DNA of 64,000 bases from Octopus vulgaris (lineage: Eukaryota). Shown piece after piece: positions 60,320 through 64,000 of this stretch. Both the position numbers and the translations under genes were made by a program. The notes under the pieces are model-generated. The model saw nothing but the letters and a program-made list of their open reading frames with translations, searched no databases and was not told the DNA's origin. The stretch spans positions 1,364,001 through 1,428,000 of the forward strand of contig OX597828.1 of the NCBI GenBank assembly GCA_951406725.2, in the 5' to 3' direction. Position 1 is the first letter of the stretch. Each line of letters begins with the position of its first letter.

Positions 60320-61017
60320 AACATGTAATGAAAAGAAATATTACAAGTAACTGCAGAATATGTGGAGATGGACAAGAAACAATAAATCATATTATCTCTA
60401 GCTGCCCAGTCCTGGCTAAGAAGGAATATATTCACAGACATGACAGAGTTGGAACCTACATACATTGGAAGCTATGCCAATATTATGGAATAACAACAGA
60501 AAAAGATGGTATAGGCACACACTAGAAAAGGTCACAGAAAACGAGAAAGCAACCATACTCTGGGATATGCCGATACACAAAGATAGAGAAATTAAGGCCA
60601 ACAGACCAGATATAGTTGTCAGAGACCATGAAGAAAAAAAATGCTTTCTAATTGATGTATCAGTACCGGCAGATGACAACGTGTCTCTAAAAGAAATGGA
60701 GAAACTCTCAAAATACAAAGACCTGGAAATAGAGGTAACTAGAATGTGGAATCTGAAAACAGAAACAATTCCTATCATAGTAGGTGCATTAGGCATGATA
60801 AAAAAATATTCAGACAAATACATAACAAAAACACCACGACTTACAAACACATATAACATACAGAAAATTGCACTACTAGGCACTGCACACATCCTACGCA
60901 GAACACTTTTCATACAATAACCATCAGAGCATCACAACAAATCACAGCACATACCCAAGGCACACAGAGCTGCGCTCGGTAGTGAAGTGAAAGCACGCTA
61001 TAAAAATAAAACTACTA

Positions 61018-61020
<3 letters not shown>
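60320..61020 (+). mobile_element. R4/Dong-type LINE 3' end (restriction-like endonuclease)
   Basis: CRIC...ETINHI...C, RHD, RPDIV, FLIDV, K..KY and VGALG motifs. Flanked by (AAT)n. Confidence 0.85.
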
Positions 61021-61096
<76 letters not shown>

Positions 61097-61101
<5 letters not shown>

Positions 61102-61748
61102 GATGGGCTACAGCAAATATTCTGCTCAATACCACAGATTTGCTTGTCAGTTGTTTGACCTTAACCTGTTGAGCATGTCCCTTAGTGGCTGACGATATGT
61201 GCGTCTCTGATCACGAGCAGAAGTAGTGGGGGAGCATCATAGCCATGTGTTGAGAGGGATTCTTTGGGGTTTGAATAATTCACCTCTGGAAACATGGGTG
61301 GTTCTTTCAACATCCTTAAACAACCCTTATTCAGGGACCTTTTGAGCGGGATGGGCTACTCAACCTGAAGAAAATTCTAACTGGGCCCCACCTGCAAGGT
61401 CATGTGCTGTTTATCTTGATATGAGATCACCATGTCGCGCACATATGGTTGTGATGCATGTGCCTGGTGTACCCTTATCAGACGGGTAGTCATGATGGGT
61501 ATATTGGGCTTCGTATATTTAACCCCAGTGTCACTTTGATGGCATGAACTGCTCTCTCACTCAATAATAATAATAATGATGATGATGATGATGATGATGA
61601 TAATAATCAAACCTTATAAGGTGCGGAAAGGGACGGTGTGAGATCTCTGATAACAGCCTACTGTCCACTCTCACAGAATCAACCAGAGCAAACAAGACCG
61701 AGCGTTCTGAGAAGTAAAGCAATGATGATGATGATGATGATGATGATG

Positions 61749-61793
<45 letters not shown>

Positions 61794-62084
61794 GTAATAA
61801 TAGCACAATTCACCTCCGGAAACATGGGTATTTCATTCAACATCCTTAAACAACCCTTATTCCAGGACCTTTGGAGTGGGATAGGCTGCTCGTCCTGAAA
61901 AAATTCTAACTGGGTTCAACCTGCAAGGTCATGTGCTGTTTATCTTGATATAAGATCACCATGTCGCGCACATATGGGTGTGATGCATGTGCCTGGCGTA
62001 CCCTTATCAGACGTGTGGTCATGATGGATAAACTGGGCTTCGTATATTTTACCCAAGTGTCACTTTGATAGCATGCTCTCACTC

Positions 62085-62142
<58 letters not shown>

Positions 62143-63432
62143 TTAGCAAAATGTGGAACCTGAAGACTAAAACAATACCTGTTGTCATAGGTGCCCTGGG
62201 AATGATAGCAAAAGGGGCTGATTGCTACCTAGCAGTTAATACGTGGGTGATAACATCACTTCGGTATGGAGCGGGAATTATAAAATGGCAAAAGAGAGAA
62301 GTGAAGAAAATGGATGCCAAGACCAGAAAAATGTTGACAGTACACGGAGTAAGAGTAACATCGATAGGCTGTACTTGTCGAGAAGAAAGGGTGGGAGAGG
62401 TTTGATCAGTTGTCAGGGCTTTATCGAAGCAGAGGAAAACAGCTCAGGGCGGTATATAAAAAATGTCGTGGAGCCACTGTTGAAACACGTGAAGAAGACC
62501 GGCGTCATCAAAACTGAAAATTCTGTAACGAAAGAAAAATTTAAACAAGAAATGAACAATTGAAAAAAAAAAAGAAAATGCATGGAAGGAAAAATGTACG
62601 GTCAGTTTGCAAGAGATGTGAACACCAAGACAGGTTCAGAGAACCGGTGGCTATGGATGAAGGGGAGTGACCTTGAGACAGAGACAGAAGCACTCATATG
62701 TGCAGCTCAGGAATAATCGTTAAGGACCAACAATATGAAGTGCAGAATAGACAACACTACCGATAGTGACAAATGCAGAATGTGTGGTGGGAGGGTGAAG
62801 CGGTATGGCACATTGTTAGCAAATGCCCGAAACTGACACAACGCGAATACAAAAGACGCCATGACAATGTGGCAAGAATGATCCATTGGGAGCTCTGTGG
62901 AAATCACGGCCTACAAAGAGAAAAGACGTGGTATGAGCAAACTCCAGAAGGAGTCACCAAAAATGAGAATTGCAAAATCCTGTGGGATGCAATGATCCAT
63001 TGCGATCACCTAACCAGACATCGGAAACCGGACATTGTTGTGGTGAAGAAAAAAGACAGAACATGTATGATTATCGACATAGCATGCCCCCGTGACAACA
63101 GGATCAATGAGAAATAAGAAGAAAAAATAAACAACTATGACAATTTGAAGTGGGAAATACGAAGGTTGTGGTCAATGAAGTAAGTAGACGTGATAACAGT
63201 TGAAATTGGTGTCGCTCAACTACCAACGTGGCTGAAAAAGATTGGTGCAAGTGTGAATGTAGAACACCTACAAAGATCAGCATTACTTCGAACTGCAAGA
63301 ATTCTTCGCAGGGTTCTTGAAGCATGACCAGTAAACAAGTGTCACCCTGGTCTGCTGGCTGTGAACAGCCAACACTTTCCGACAAAATAAGCTGTGAGTT
63401 TTCATATAATGATGATGATACTGATGATGATG

Positions 63433-63486
<54 letters not shown>

Positions 63487-64000
63487 GCCCTGATGTAGTA
63501 CCAGGCAGTGGCTCTCAATGCCCTGATGTAGTACCAGGCAGTGGCTCTAAATGCCCTGATGTAGTACCAGGCAGTGGCTCTCATGGCTTCTGATCTTAAC
63601 TGATTGGAAGTGTTATCATGTACATTGTTTTGTCTTGGTATAAAAGATGGGCTACAGCAAATATTCTGCTCAATACCACAGATTTGCTTGTCAGTTGTTT
63701 GACCTTAACTAGTTGAGCATGTCCCTTAGTGGCTGACGATATGTGCATCTCTGATCACGAGCAGAAGTAGTGGGGGAGCATCATAGCCATGTGTTGAGAG
63801 GGATTCTTTGGGGTTTGAATAATTCACCTCTGGAAACATGGGTGGTTCTTTCAACATCCTTAAACAACCCTTATTCAGGGACCTTTTGAGCGGGATGGGC
63901 TACTCAACCTGAAGGAAATTCTAACTGGGCCCCACCTGCAAGGTCATGTGCTGTTTATATTGATATGAGATCACCATGTCGCGCACATATGGTTGTGATG
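61097..64000 (+). mobile_element. Repeated non-coding 3' segment, probably the 3'UTR of a Dong-like family (copies 60100-60262, 61097-61563, 61808-62085, 63484 to end)
   Basis: Near-identical copies truncated at different 5' points. The three whose ends are visible finish at ...ctctc(a/c)ctca followed by (AAT)n. Confidence 0.75.
62140..63410 (+). mobile_element. Second R4/Dong-type LINE fragment
   Basis: IDRLYL.R..GGRGL, CRMC...HIVS.C, RHD, KPDI and IIDIA.P.D motifs. Flanked by (AAT)n/(GAT)n. Confidence 0.85.

Overview
AT-rich, repeat-dense animal genomic DNA. The SINE, RTE and Dong repeat content looks cephalopod/Octopus-like, which is an inference. Host genes: (i) a three-exon NDUFV3-like gene on + (250-318, 2824-4891, 10935-11068; 756 aa) whose middle exon holds 134 perfectly in-frame 15-bp units encoding K-D-V-[P/A]-[A/V/T]; (ii) head-to-head with it, the first coding exon (MADQ|GTAAGT) of a minus-strand gene with a TCT/TOP-like leader, probably RPS11. 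The rest is mobile DNA: mariner remnants, RTE and CR1-like LINEs, a foldback element with an 8-bp TSD, tRNA-derived SINEs, a Helitron, hAT fragments, Penelope remnants with minimal hammerhead ribozymes, and Dong/R4-type fragments in (AAT)n. The most notable region is 18.5-36.3 kb, a head-to-tail array of four diverged Tx1-clade LINEs separated by (ATCT)n tracts. All four 3'UTRs keep a covarying, U-rich H-type pseudoknot with triple-helix potential, topologically like the vertebrate telomerase RNA core pseudoknot, shortly upstream of the (ATCT)n tract. All structures were found by eye and are untested.
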